Shown here: positions 27,353-37,312 of the stretch, in pieces | Position numbering within the stretch: position 1 is the stretch's first letter | Layout: each line of letters starts with the position of its first letter | Source of the DNA: an uncultured Oscillospiraceae bacterium | GTDB lineage: Bacteria; Bacillota; Clostridia; Oscillospirales; Oscillospiraceae | Length of the DNA stretch: 64,000 nucleotides | Assembly: GCA_900756575.1 (NCBI GenBank) | Contig: CAAEKQ010000008.1 | Coordinates: 2,120 to 66,119 of the forward strand | Reading direction: 5' to 3' | Translations under genes and position numbers: made by a program | Notes under the pieces: generated by a model | Seen by the model: the letters and a program-made list of their open reading frames with translations, nothing else | Database searches by the model: none | What the model was told of the DNA's origin: nothing

Positions 27353-28323
27353 GGCTGCCAGTTGATGTCCGCGTCCTGCCGCAGGGGAAGTTCCCGGAAG
27401 ATTCGCGTGGTAATGGCCTGATATTCGGTGAGCGAGGTGGTTTTCCGCAGGAGTTTTTGATATTTTTCCCGCCCGTCAAACAGCAGAATCAAATAGCTCC
27501 AGACCTCCTTCATACGGAACATGGTATTCCGCGGGCTGCCCACCCGTGCGGCGGTGGCATCGAACAATTCCCCATGGAAATTCTCAATGGCATCTATTGT
27601 CGGGCCGCCGGTGCCCTGAATCTGCTGTACCAGCGCCGGATTTGCCACCAGACCGCGGCCCAGCATCATGCCGGACATAGTGGGGTAGGCTGTTTCCATT
27701 CGTTTTGCATCTCCGGCAACGCCAACGCCGCCACTGAGGGCCACGGGGAACGGGCACTCCGCCAGCGCCTTTTCAAAATACCCCATGCGCACAGGGTGAC
27801 GATACAGATCCGCCCGCACCCGGGGATGCACCGTCAGTTCTCCAATGGGATACTGCCGATACAGCTCCAGCAGCGGCTCGAATTCCTCCGGATCGTCCAT
27901 GCCCAGGCGAGTTTTGATGGAAACCGTGATGGGCGTTTTCTCAAATACCTCGTCTAAAAATGCCCGCAGCTTGTCCGGATGCGCCAGGAATCCGGAGCCC
28001 TTTCCCTTTGCGGTGACGGTGCCGGAGGGGCAGCCCAGGTTCAAGTTGACCTCCTGATAGCCCAGCTCCTTCAGTTTTTCCGCCGCCTGGAGAAACGGCC
28101 CCGGCTGATTGGTCAACAGCTGCGGCACCAATTCAAAGCCGAAATTATTCTCCGGGAGCACCTGGCGCAAATCCTTTTTTGTAATGGCCGGGCCGTCGGA
28201 GGTGGGGGAGAGGAAGGGGGTATAGTACCGGTCCACCCCGGGGAAATACCGGTGATGGAGCGAACGAAACACGTCGTCCGTGATTCCCTCCAGAGGAGCA
28301 AAATAATATCGCATATGGTTCAT
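27349..28323 (-). CDS. tRNA-dihydrouridine synthase (Dus family)
   Basis: YFAPLEGITD N-terminal motif, FMN-binding TIM-barrel signature (LNLGCPSG...K); start uncertain (ORF-track 28422). Confidence 0.8.
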   Translation of the reverse strand: MNHMRYYFAPLEGITDDVFRSLHHRYFPGVDRYYTPFLSPTSDGPAITKKDLRQVLPENNFGFELVPQLLTNQPGPFLQAAEKLKELGYQEVNLNLGCPSGTVTAKGKGSGFLAHPDKLRAFLDEVFEKTPITVSIKTRLGMDDPEEFEPLLELYRQYPIGELTVHPRVRADLYRHPVRMGYFEKALAECPFPVALSGGVGVAGDAKRMETAYPTMSGMMLGRGLVANPALVQQIQGTGGPTIDAIENFHGELFDATAARVGSPRNTMFRMKEVWSYLILLFDGREKYQKLLRKTTSLTEYQAITTRIFRELPLRQDADINWQP

Positions 28324-28458
28324 CCAATCTAAAATGTTTCCTCTATCATACCCGATAAAGAAAGTTCCCGTCAAGTGTGTCATTTCGCTTGACATTGAAA
28401 GGATTGCGCGGTATAATTCCAAGGTCTGAAATCGGACTTAATGAGAGGAGCACTGTCT

Positions 28459-28914
28459 ATGGATTTCACCTTGCAAACGCGGCTGGCCCGATATAACCAG
28501 CTCTGCCGGGGCTATGACAGCATCTATCGTCAGGCGGCATTGGAGGCCGGCATTTCCTTTGTGCCCTATTACATTTTATTGATGCTCTGCGCCACCGATC
28601 AGCCCCAGACACAGAGCGACATTCAAAAAAATTCGTTCTATCCCAAGCAGACCATCAACTCCGCGGTGATGCGTCTACAGGAGTTGGGTTATCTGACCCT
28701 CCAGCCCCAGGGCCGCCGGAAAATTCTGACCATCACTGAGGCGGGACAGGAATTCTGCCGCAGACGGGTGCTGCCGGTATTGTCCGCCGAAGAGGAATCC
28801 TTTATGGAGCTGACCCCTCAGGAGCAGGAGCAGATGATTCTCACCACAGAAAAGCATTTACGATTGTTCCGCCAGCGCTTTGCGGAAAATACGGAATCAT
28901 CAGGGAAAGAATAG
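28459..28914 (+). CDS. MarR-family transcriptional regulator
   Basis: Winged-helix MarR core; RBS GAGAGGAG; promoter TTGACA-17-TATAAT overlapped by palindrome TGTCAtttcgcTTGACA. Confidence 0.8.
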   Translation: MDFTLQTRLARYNQLCRGYDSIYRQAALEAGISFVPYYILLMLCATDQPQTQSDIQKNSFYPKQTINSAVMRLQELGYLTLQPQGRRKILTITEAGQEFCRRRVLPVLSAEEESFMELTPQEQEQMILTTEKHLRLFRQRFAENTESSGKE

Positions 28915-28923
28915 GAGGTTTTT

Positions 28924-30297
28924 ATGAGTCAAAACGATATTGCAAGGGACATGACCCAAGGCCCTGTGCTTCGGCAGCTTGCGATCTTCGCCATTCCCGT
29001 TGCCCTTGCCAATGCACTCCAGGCCATTTACAGCATGGTGGACATGGTGGTGGTGGGCCAGGTAGTTGGTTCTTCGGGACTTTCCGCCGTTGGCATTGGC
29101 GGTCAGCTACTGAATATGTTCCTGTGCATCGGCATGGGCTTCAGCTTTGGCGCACAGATTCTGCTGAGCCAGCAGGTTGGCGCAAAGGATCATGACTTGC
29201 AGCCCACCATCGGCACGCTGTTTACCACCGAACTCATTGCCAGCGTGATTTTCGGCATTTTGGGCATTGTATTCTGTAATCCGCTGCTGCGCATGATGAA
29301 TACGCCGGAGGCAGCCTGGGCCGATGCCCGCAGCTACACCATAATCTGCTGCTGCGGCATGGTGTTTATCTACGGCTACAACGCCGTTGGCGCCATTCTT
29401 CGGGGCATGGGCGAAAGCAAGCTCCCCATGATCTTTATTGCCATTGCATCCGCAGTCAATCTGGTGCTGGATGTGGTATTCGTAGCAGGATTTCATATGC
29501 GCGCTGCCGGTGCGGCCCTGGCAACGGTCATTGCCCAGGGCGTAAGCTTCGTGATCTCTGTGATCTATCTCTACAAAAACAGGGCGCGCCTTGGATTTGA
29601 CTTCAAGCTCCATAGCTTTAAGCCCAGCAAGGAGCGGCTGGTTCCCATTTGCAAGCTTGGCATCCCTTATATTGCCCAGTGGCTGCTGATTACCTGCTCC
29701 ATGATGTACGTCAATGCCCGGGTCAATATGTTCGGTGTTACGGCATCGGCGGTGGACTCCATTGGCAACAAGCTCAACTCCATTGTCAACATCGTGGTGG
29801 GCGCTGTTTCCGTTTCCAGTGCCACGATGATCGGCCAGTGCTTCGGCGCAAGAAAACTGGATCGCATCAAGCACTGCTATCGGGCCTGCCTTGCCATCTG
29901 CATGATCTCCTGCGCCATTCTCTGCGGCGCCTACCTGCTGTTCCCCAAGCAGATTTTCCATCTGTTCAGCTCTGAATCGGATGTGATTGCCATGGCCCCC
30001 CAGTACATGGTCATTGCAGCAGTTTGGGTGCTGTCCATCTGCACCATGACCGCGCCCTATTCCGTAGTAGACGGTGTGGGCAACGCCATGCTGGGTCTGG
30101 TGATCTCCGTGCTGGACGGTGTGGTTGCCCGAATCGGTCTCTGCATCCTTCTTGGCAATACCATGGGCCTGTCCGGCTTCTGGCTGGGCAATGCGCTGGC
30201 CGGATTCGTTACCACCATTATGGCCGGTGTTTATTACTACTCCGGCGCATGGAAAAAGCGTCATCTTCTGCTCAAACGGGACGAAGCTCCGCAGTAA
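28924..30297 (+). CDS. MATE family efflux transporter
   Basis: 12-TM MATE; 9 nt downstream of marR (co-operonic). Confidence 0.85.
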   Translation: MSQNDIARDMTQGPVLRQLAIFAIPVALANALQAIYSMVDMVVVGQVVGSSGLSAVGIGGQLLNMFLCIGMGFSFGAQILLSQQVGAKDHDLQPTIGTLFTTELIASVIFGILGIVFCNPLLRMMNTPEAAWADARSYTIICCCGMVFIYGYNAVGAILRGMGESKLPMIFIAIASAVNLVLDVVFVAGFHMRAAGAALATVIAQGVSFVISVIYLYKNRARLGFDFKLHSFKPSKERLVPICKLGIPYIAQWLLITCSMMYVNARVNMFGVTASAVDSIGNKLNSIVNIVVGAVSVSSATMIGQCFGARKLDRIKHCYRACLAICMISCAILCGAYLLFPKQIFHLFSSESDVIAMAPQYMVIAAVWVLSICTMTAPYSVVDGVGNAMLGLVISVLDGVVARIGLCILLGNTMGLSGFWLGNALAGFVTTIMAGVYYYSGAWKKRHLLLKRDEAPQ

Positions 30298-30314
30298 ATC
30301 CCCCCAAATATACA

Positions 30315-30351
30315 AATCCCTGCTCCCGATTGGAAGCAGGGATTGTTTTTT
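30315..30351. terminator. Bidirectional terminator (AATCCCTGCT...AGCAGGGATT + T6)
   Basis: Perfect 10-bp stem, T-run. Confidence 0.8.
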
Positions 30352-30356
30352 CAGTT

Positions 30357-31742
30357 TTACTTGCCCTCGCGCTTGGCAATGGTTCTTGCCACGTGAACGC
30401 CGGATGCGCCAGCCTGAGCAAGGCCGCGGGTGATGCCTGCGCCGTCGCCGATGGCAAACATATTCTCCAGCGGAGTTTCCAGTTCGCCGGACAGCTGGAG
30501 CCGTGCGGAGTAGAACTTGACCTCTACACCGTAGAGCAGGGTATCCTGGTTTGCGGTGCCGGGAGCCAGCTTATCCAGAGCATAGATCATCTCAATGATG
30601 TTGTCCATATGCCGCTTGGGCAGAACCAGGCTCAGGTCGCCGGGGGTTGCATTCAGAGTGGGCTTGGTGAAGCTCTTACCCAGACGATGCTCGTTGGTAC
30701 GAACGCCCTTAATGAGGTCGCCAAACCGCTGCACCAGTACGCCGCCGCCCAGCATATTGCTGAGGGATGCGATGTGCTTGCCGTAGGTATAGGGCTCCTT
30801 GAAGGGGGAGGTAAAGCGGTTGGAAACCAGCAATGCGAAGTTGGTGTTTTCACTGCGCAGGGCAGGATCGGAATAGGAATGGCCGTTGACGGTAATCAGG
30901 CCGTCTACGTTCTCGGATACCACATGGCCGTAGGGGTTCATGCAGAAGGTACGCACCTGGTCGTTATACTGCTTGGTGCGGTAAACCAGCTTGGACTCAT
31001 AGACCACACTGGTGATATGCTCAAATACCTTAGCCGGGAGTTCAACCCGAACGCCCAGGTCTACCTGGTTGTTAATCAGAGGAAGCTTCAGCTTTTTGCA
31101 TTCCTCGCAGAACCATTCTGCGCCGCTGCGGCCGGGGGCTGCCACCAGGTACTTACAGGTAATGGTATCGTTGTCCAGGGTCAGGGTATATTCGCCATTG
31201 TCCTCCCGGGCAATGGTGCGGACAGGGGTGCGGAACCGGAATTCCACATGATCCTTCATATGCTCATAGATGCACTGGAGAATTTTCAGGTTGTTCTCGG
31301 TGCCCAGGTGCTTACAGCGTGCACCCAACAGATGCAGGTCATGGTGCAGAGCCTGAACCTCGATGGCGCGGGCCTCGGGGGTCTCGGTAGAGAACACATC
31401 TTTGGTGGCGCCGTGCTCTACATTGATGGAATCCACGTAGTCAATGAGGTCCATCAGTTCTTTTCCGTCCATATAGTCCGTGAGCCAGCCGCCGAACTGG
31501 GTGGTAAAGTTGTACTTACCGTCAGAAAATGCACCGGCACCGCCAAAGCCTGCCATAATGGCGCAGGGCTTACAGCCGATACAGGACTTCACCTTTCCGG
31601 TGACAATGGGACACTGGCGGGAATAAATATCTGCACCCTGTTCCAGAACCAGAACGCTCAGCTCCGGGCGCAGCTTCATCAGTTCATATCCAGCAAATAC
31701 GCCAGCCTCGCCGGCGCCGATAATGGCTACATCATAATGCAT
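30357..31742 (-). CDS. NAD(P)/FAD-dependent oxidoreductase (COG2509-like FAD-dependent protein)
   Basis: N-terminal DVAIIGAGEAG dinucleotide-binding motif; 461 aa. Confidence 0.8.
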   Translation of the reverse strand: MHYDVAIIGAGEAGVFAGYELMKLRPELSVLVLEQGADIYSRQCPIVTGKVKSCIGCKPCAIMAGFGGAGAFSDGKYNFTTQFGGWLTDYMDGKELMDLIDYVDSINVEHGATKDVFSTETPEARAIEVQALHHDLHLLGARCKHLGTENNLKILQCIYEHMKDHVEFRFRTPVRTIAREDNGEYTLTLDNDTITCKYLVAAPGRSGAEWFCEECKKLKLPLINNQVDLGVRVELPAKVFEHITSVVYESKLVYRTKQYNDQVRTFCMNPYGHVVSENVDGLITVNGHSYSDPALRSENTNFALLVSNRFTSPFKEPYTYGKHIASLSNMLGGGVLVQRFGDLIKGVRTNEHRLGKSFTKPTLNATPGDLSLVLPKRHMDNIIEMIYALDKLAPGTANQDTLLYGVEVKFYSARLQLSGELETPLENMFAIGDGAGITRGLAQAGASGVHVARTIAKREGK

Positions 31743-31830
31743 AGTCGTTTCTCCTTCCGTAGTGGATCACTGGCAAACCAATTTATTTTATCAGAGTCGG
31801 CGATAAAAAGCAAGGACTATTTATTCCTTT

Positions 31831-31868
31831 TGTGGAAAAAGCGCCCTTCCAAGCCGGAAAGGCGCTTT
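31831..31868 (-). terminator. Terminator of the parA..rlmH operon
   Basis: AAAGCGCC...GGCGCTTT hairpin with T-run on the minus strand. Confidence 0.6.
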
Positions 31869-31870
31869 CC

Positions 31871-32347
31871 TTACTTATGATACCGGCTTCCTGCCAAAAT
31901 GCTTTCCGCCCGGTACAGCTGCTCCAATACCATCACCCGGCAGAGATGATGGGGAAACGTCATGGGGCTGATGCTCAGTCGGAAATCCCCCTGGGCCTTC
32001 AGACTGCTGTCGATGCCAAAGGAGGAACCCATCAGGAACACCAGGTCGGATTTCCCGCCCAGCCGCACCTGATCCAGCTTTTCCGCCAACTGCTCTGAGG
32101 AAAGGAGCTTTCCCTCCGGCGTAAAAATGCACAGCCACGCATTTTTCGGCAGCTTTTGCCGAACCGCATCCGCTTCCTTTTTCAGTGCCGCGTCGATCTG
32201 CGCCCGGGAGGGGTTGTCCGGGAGATGCACCTCCGGAAGCTCAATGATCTGGATTCCCCCATACGCCTTTAGCCGCTTTTCATATTCCGCGCAGGCCTGA
32301 CGATAAAAGGTCTCCTTCATCTTTCCGGTGACAATTAAGGTCAGCAT
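31871..32347 (-). CDS. rlmH: 23S rRNA (pseudouridine1915-N3)-methyltransferase RlmH
   Basis: SPOUT fold, 158 aa, N-terminus MLTLIVTGKMK typical of RlmH. Confidence 0.9.
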   Translation of the reverse strand: MLTLIVTGKMKETFYRQACAEYEKRLKAYGGIQIIELPEVHLPDNPSRAQIDAALKKEADAVRQKLPKNAWLCIFTPEGKLLSSEQLAEKLDQVRLGGKSDLVFLMGSSFGIDSSLKAQGDFRLSISPMTFPHHLCRVMVLEQLYRAESILAGSRYHK

Positions 32348-32853
32348 TGCTCTTTTCTCTGCTCCAGGGCCGCAACAATCTGATCCACCATGTTTTCGAT
32401 GTCGTTGCGGTTGGGATCCGCAGCAATGGTGATCTCCGCCCAGCTTTCATAAATGGGAACCCGCTGGGCATAGAGGGTATCCAGGCTCTCGCCGGGGCCA
32501 AAGGCAATGCCCCGGGTCTTGATATTGCTGAGCCTGGCCCGCAGCTCCCCCAGCTCCACCTTTAAGTAGATCACCGTGCCGATGTCCTTCATGTGGCCCA
32601 TGGCTTCCGGCTCCAGCGGAACCGAGCCGCCGGTTGCCACCACGGTATGGTGGGGATTGAGGCCGCAGATCACCCGATTTTCAATGTCCAGGAAGGCTTC
32701 TTTGCCCTCATTGTCCAAAATTTCCTGTAGGGTTTTCCCGGTTTCCTTGCAGATTTCCAGATCGCCGTCCACAAAATCCATGGCCAGTGTTTTGGCCAGA
32801 ATGACGCCGACGGTGCTTTTTCCGGCTCCGGGCATCCCAATGAGAATCAAATT
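32341..32853 (-). CDS. aroK: Shikimate kinase
   Basis: Walker A GMPGAGKST; start assigned to GTG with RBS GGAGGA directly after the stop of the upstream gene; ORF-track ATG at 32901 would overlap by 38 nt. Confidence 0.85.
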   Translation of the reverse strand, partial: NLILIGMPGAGKSTVGVILAKTLAMDFVDGDLEICKETGKTLQEILDNEGKEAFLDIENRVICGLNPHHTVVATGGSVPLEPEAMGHMKDIGTVIYLKVELGELRARLSNIKTRGIAFGPGESLDTLYAQRVPIYESWAEITIAADPNRNDIENMVDQIVAALEQRKEQC

Positions 32854-32863
32854 ATCCTTCACG

Positions 32864-33496
32864 TTAGTCCTCCAAATAGTAGGTGATATACCACATTCCA
32901 TGCTCTCCCGCCTTGTTCTTGGTCAGGGCCACGGTGGAATCCTTCTGATCCGCCAGTACCGTCTCCGTATCGTCGTAGGCAATGCCCACATAGCCCACCT
33001 CATCGTAATACAGATAATAGTACACCACATTATCCTCCACGGCGATATTCCACAGCCGCAGATTCGTAATGGCCGAGCCACCGGAGGTTTCCACCCCATA
33101 CAGAGCGTCCTCCGTGTTCATCAGCTGGATCAGGGAACGCTGGATTTCCTCATCGTCCGCAAACAGCTGGGAGATATCCTGATATGCTCCGTTGTACCAG
33201 GCCAGCATTTTATCGCCGTCCCGGCTGCCATAGAGCCGAAGTCCATTCATATTGCGGAGATCCTGAGCGGTGTCCATATAGGAATCCAGCTGATTGGCAT
33301 CGGAAAACACGGATTTTGCCGCGCTCATATAATCCGTGTAGGTGGTGGTGTTGATGACGGATTCGTCAGTTCCAAACAGCGCGCCGAGCGCATTGCCCAG
33401 GAACATACCGATCAGGAACGCGACGATCACCGCAAACACCGCCACCGCAATGGTTCTGGGAAACGGGTTTTCTTCCTTGGGGAATTTAATATCCAT
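32864..33496 (-). CDS. Hypothetical membrane-anchored protein (single N-terminal TM)
   Basis: 210 aa; TM IAVAVFAVIVAFLIGMFLG; Tyr/Asp-rich ectodomain; no family recognised. Confidence 0.6.
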   Translation of the reverse strand: MDIKFPKEENPFPRTIAVAVFAVIVAFLIGMFLGNALGALFGTDESVINTTTYTDYMSAAKSVFSDANQLDSYMDTAQDLRNMNGLRLYGSRDGDKMLAWYNGAYQDISQLFADDEEIQRSLIQLMNTEDALYGVETSGGSAITNLRLWNIAVEDNVVYYYLYYDEVGYVGIAYDDTETVLADQKDSTVALTKNKAGEHGMWYITYYLED

Positions 33497-33499
33497 AGA

Positions 33500-33874
33500 T
33501 TACTTTTCCTTTAACAGATCCCGGATTTCGGTGAGCAGTTCTTCCGTGGTGGGGCCCTTGGGTTCCTCCGAGGCTTCCTCCTTCTTGGGGGTCAGCCGGT
33601 TAACCGCCTTAACAATCCAGAACACCACAAAAGCGGTAATCAGGAAGGTGACAATGGCGTTAATCACAGCGCCAATGCCAAAGGGCCCCACAGTAATTCC
33701 AGGAAAATCCGTTTTCCCCAGAATCAGTGCAATAATAGGCGTCAGCAGATTTTCTACCACCGAGGTGACGATTGCTGTAAATGCAGAACCAATGACCACG
33801 CCAACTGCCATATCCAGCACGTTGCCACGCATAATAAAGGTCTTAAACTCAGAGATCCATCCAGGCATTTTCAC
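33500..33874 (-). CDS. mscL: Large-conductance mechanosensitive channel
   Basis: RGNVLDMAVGVVIGSAF signature, 124 aa. Confidence 0.9.
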   Translation of the reverse strand: MKMPGWISEFKTFIMRGNVLDMAVGVVIGSAFTAIVTSVVENLLTPIIALILGKTDFPGITVGPFGIGAVINAIVTFLITAFVVFWIVKAVNRLTPKKEEASEEPKGPTTEELLTEIRDLLKEK

Positions 33875-33895
33875 GGGAATATGCCTCCTTATTTT

Positions 33896-35203
33896 TTACT
33901 TTTTCTTGGGTACCAGCTTTTCCTTGCCGCCCATGTAGGGACGAATAACCTCGGGGATCAGAACGGTGCCGTCCTCCTGGAGGTTGTTCTCCAGGAATGC
34001 AATGAGCATTCTGGGGGGTGCCACACAGGTGTTGTTCAGGGTATGGGCCAGCTGCATCTTGCCATCTTCGTCCTTATAGCGGATCTTCAGGCGGCGGGCC
34101 TGTGCATCGCCCAGGTTGGAGCAGGAGCAAACCTCAAAATACTTCTGCTGACGGGGGCTCCAGGCCTCGATGTCGCAGGACTTCACCTTCAGGTCGGCCA
34201 GGTCGCCGGAGCAGCACTCCAGCTGACGGACGGGGATATCCATGGAGCGGAACAGCTCAACAGACAGCTGCCACAGCTTTTCATACCAATCCTTGCTGTC
34301 CTCGGGCTTGCAGACCACGATCATCTCCTGCTTTTCAAACTGATGGATCCGGTAAATGCCGCGCTCCTCAATGCCGTGGGAACCCTTCTCCTTCCGGAAG
34401 CAGGGAGAATAGGAGGTCAGGGTCAGGGGCAGCTGCTCTGCGGGAAGGATCTGGTCGATAAAGCGGCCGATCATGGAATGCTCAGAGGTACCGATCAGGT
34501 AGAGATCCTCGCCCTCAATCTTATACATCATCGCGTCCATATCGGTCTGGCTCATAACGCCCTCCACCACGTTGCCATGGATCATAAAGGGAGGAATCAC
34601 ATAGGTAAAGCCCTTGTCGATCATGAAATCACGGGCATAGGCCAGCACTGCCTCATGGAGCCGTGCAATATCGCCCAGCAGGTAATAGAAGCCGCTGCCG
34701 GAAACACGGCCTGCGGAATCCAGGTCGATGCCGTCGAAGCTCTCCATAATCTCGGTGTGGTAGGGAACGGGGTAATCGGGCACCTTGGGCTCGCCGAACC
34801 GCTGCACCTCTACATTATAGGTGTCGTCGGGGCCGATGGGGACAGAGGGATCAATGATGTTGGGGATCACCAGCATGATCTTGTGGATCTCAGCAGCCAG
34901 CTCATCCTCTTTCTTCTCCAGCTCGGCCAGACGGTCGGCATCGGCCTTAACCTGTGCCTTTACGGCCTCAGCCTCCTCCAGCTTGCTGGGGTCCTTCTTG
35001 GCCATGCCCATGAGCTTGCCGATCTGCTTGGACAGGGTGTTCCGGGCAGTCCGCAGCTCCTGTGCCTCGGAAATGGCGGCACGGTTCTCCGCGTCCAGCT
35101 CAATCACCTTGTCTACCAGGGGCAGCTTCTCGTCCTGGAACTTCTTTTTAATGTTTTCCTTTACAATGTCGGGGTTCTCCCGAATAAATTTAATGTCAAG
35201 CAT
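33896..35203 (-). CDS. serS: Serine--tRNA ligase
   Basis: N-terminal coiled-coil MLDIKFIRENPD, class II aaRS motifs; no T-box leader (18-nt gap after parB). Confidence 0.95.
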   Translation of the reverse strand: MLDIKFIRENPDIVKENIKKKFQDEKLPLVDKVIELDAENRAAISEAQELRTARNTLSKQIGKLMGMAKKDPSKLEEAEAVKAQVKADADRLAELEKKEDELAAEIHKIMLVIPNIIDPSVPIGPDDTYNVEVQRFGEPKVPDYPVPYHTEIMESFDGIDLDSAGRVSGSGFYYLLGDIARLHEAVLAYARDFMIDKGFTYVIPPFMIHGNVVEGVMSQTDMDAMMYKIEGEDLYLIGTSEHSMIGRFIDQILPAEQLPLTLTSYSPCFRKEKGSHGIEERGIYRIHQFEKQEMIVVCKPEDSKDWYEKLWQLSVELFRSMDIPVRQLECCSGDLADLKVKSCDIEAWSPRQQKYFEVCSCSNLGDAQARRLKIRYKDEDGKMQLAHTLNNTCVAPPRMLIAFLENNLQEDGTVLIPEVIRPYMGGKEKLVPKKK

Positions 35204-35221
35204 TTCTTTCCACCTCGTAAT

Positions 35222-36094
35222 TTATTTGTCTCTTAGATGCTCCAGCGCCTCAATGAGCTGCTGGAGGTCGTCTTCCCCGTAATATTCCAGCTGAAAAACA
35301 CCTTTTTTCTTGCCCGGGTGGATTTTTACCCCTCGGCCCAGGGATTTACTCAGTATTTTTTCGCATTCCCGATAATAATCTACCTTTAATACGTTCTCCG
35401 GCTCCGGTTCCTCCTGGGGCTTCATCAGCCGCTTTACCATGGCCTCCGTCTGACGGACGGAAAGCTGCTGATCCAGAATTCGCTGTGCCGCTTCCTTCTG
35501 TATGTTCTCTGAGGGAAGGGGAAGCAGCGCCCGGGCATGACCCGCTGACAGGCTGCCATCCTCCACCAGAGATACGATGGACTTGGGAAGATTCAGCAGG
35601 CGTAAGGCATTGGTCACGGTAGTTCTCGCTTTTCCAACGCTTTTTGCCGTCTCCTCCTGGCTCATGCCAAAGTCGGAGATCAACGCCGCATAACCTCTGG
35701 CTTCTTCCATGGGGTTCAGATCTTCCCGCTGGAGGTTTTCAATGAGGGTCAGCTCGGCGGCGGTTTTGTCATCCGCCTCCAGAATCGTCACCGGCACCTC
35801 TTTCAGTCCCGCCAGCCGGGATGCACGCCACCGCCGTTCTCCGGCAATGATCTGATAATAGCCGTTGGAAAGAGGCCGTACCGCAATGGGCTGAATCAGT
35901 CCATGGTCGGCAATGGAGGCTGCCAATGCACCCAAGGCCTCCTCGTCAAAGTCCTGCCGGGGCTGGGCACGGTTGGGCTCCAGCTTTTGAATGGGCAGCA
36001 CATTGTGTTCTTTCTGAGGCTCCTCTGTCACCACCGGCTCTGCAAACAGGGCGCCCAGGCCCTTGCCAAGTCCTTTTTGGCTTGATTTTGCCAT
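35222..36094 (-). CDS. parB: Chromosome partitioning protein ParB/Spo0J
   Basis: GLGKGLGALF N-terminus, ParB box (IIAGERRWRA), HTH. Confidence 0.9.
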   Translation of the reverse strand: MAKSSQKGLGKGLGALFAEPVVTEEPQKEHNVLPIQKLEPNRAQPRQDFDEEALGALAASIADHGLIQPIAVRPLSNGYYQIIAGERRWRASRLAGLKEVPVTILEADDKTAAELTLIENLQREDLNPMEEARGYAALISDFGMSQEETAKSVGKARTTVTNALRLLNLPKSIVSLVEDGSLSAGHARALLPLPSENIQKEAAQRILDQQLSVRQTEAMVKRLMKPQEEPEPENVLKVDYYRECEKILSKSLGRGVKIHPGKKKGVFQLEYYGEDDLQQLIEALEHLRDK

Positions 36095-36133
36095 AGAACC
36101 GCTCCTTTATCTCGTAAAATCGCATGGCCGGAC

Positions 36134-36147
36134 GTTTCACGTGAAAC
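36134..36147. promoter_or_regulatory. parS site 1 (GTTTCACGTGAAAC)
   Basis: Perfect match to the core of the conserved parS palindrome tGTTtCACGTGAAACa; parB-parA intergenic. Confidence 0.8.
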
Positions 36148-36176
36148 ATTTCTGTTCTGTCCGACCATGCCGGGTC

Positions 36177-36931
36177 TTATACTGTTTTCTGTACGATTTC
36201 CTCCGCCAGACTGCGATAGCTCTCTGCGCCGCGACTATACTTATCATACTCCGTGATGGGCATACCGTGGCTGGGGGCTTCACTCAGGCGCACATTTCTG
36301 GGAATCACCGATGCAAACACCTTTCCGGGGAAATGCCGCCGCACCTCCTGGGCCACCTGCATACTGAGGTTGGTTCTGCCATCGTACATGGTCAGCACTA
36401 GGCCAAAAATGCCAATGTTCGGCTGATAAGTGCGCTTGACTGCACGAAGGGTGCCCATCAGATCACTCAGGCCCTCCAGCGCATAATACTCGCACTGCAC
36501 CGGAACGATCACCTGATCCGCCGCACACAGGGCATTCAGGGTTAAAAGCTCCAAGGAGGGGGGACAATCAATAAAAATATAGTCGTATTCCCTTTTCAGA
36601 GGCTCCAGCGCGTCCTTCAGGCGAAACTCTCGGCGATCCAGGCTCACCAGTTCGATGCCTGCACCGGCCAATGCCGCGCCAGAGGGAATCAAATCACCGT
36701 ATTTGGTGGAAATCACCGCATCTTTCGCCGGGACATCGTTGATAATCACGTCGTAGATGGAGCTGGTCACATCCGTTTTTTCCACGCCAAACCCCGAGGT
36801 GGCATTTGCCTGGGGATCAAAATCGCAAAGCAGCACCCGTTTTCCCAGGTCATGCATTGCCGCAGTCAGGCTCACTGCCGTTGTTGTCTTGCCTACGCCG
36901 CCTTTCTGGTTGACCAGTGACAAAACCATGC
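36177..36931 (-). CDS. parA: Chromosome partitioning ATPase ParA/Soj
   Basis: Deviant Walker A KGGVGKTT; start at MVLSLV with RBS AAGGAGA (ORF-track 37184 is too long). Confidence 0.9.
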
Positions 36932-37187
36932 TTCCAGTCTCCTTCCTTTCCGTCGAAACCGCCGATTTCTCTAAGGCAACACCGCACAAATGCGTCTGCG
37001 GATTCTGACGGATCTTTTCCGCCAGAAATGCGTTCGGAAAATCTTGAAATACACAAAGTATTCCTGCGGTTTTCCACCTTTTTCTGACGAAAAATCTCTC
37101 GCCAGACGCTCTTGCCGATTTGTGCTGTATTGCCCTAACAACATCGGTACCCAATATTATACCAACTAGCGTATCACAATGCAAGAA

Positions 37188-37201
37188 GTTTCACGTGAAA
37201 C
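37188..37201. promoter_or_regulatory. parS site 2 (GTTTCACGTGAAAC)
   Basis: Perfect 14-bp palindrome upstream of parA. Confidence 0.8.
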
Positions 37202-37233
37202 ATCCCGTCAAACATATTGTCAAACGTCTCAAC

Positions 37234-37247
37234 GTTTCACGTGAAAC
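37234..37247. promoter_or_regulatory. parS site 3 (GTTTCACGTGAAAC)
   Basis: Perfect 14-bp palindrome, 46 bp from site 2. Confidence 0.8.
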
Positions 37248-37312
37248 ATCTCTGACCCATTCTTGACCCAGCGGGTATCTTTTGGTAGAATAAAAAGGAG
37301 GGGGAATGAGCC

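Noticed and set aside
30024-31880. 618-aa plus-strand ORF antisense to the FAD-dependent oxidoreductase
   Set aside because: Antisense artefact.
33881-35236. 451-aa plus-strand ORF antisense to serS
   Set aside because: Antisense artefact; serS frame unambiguous.
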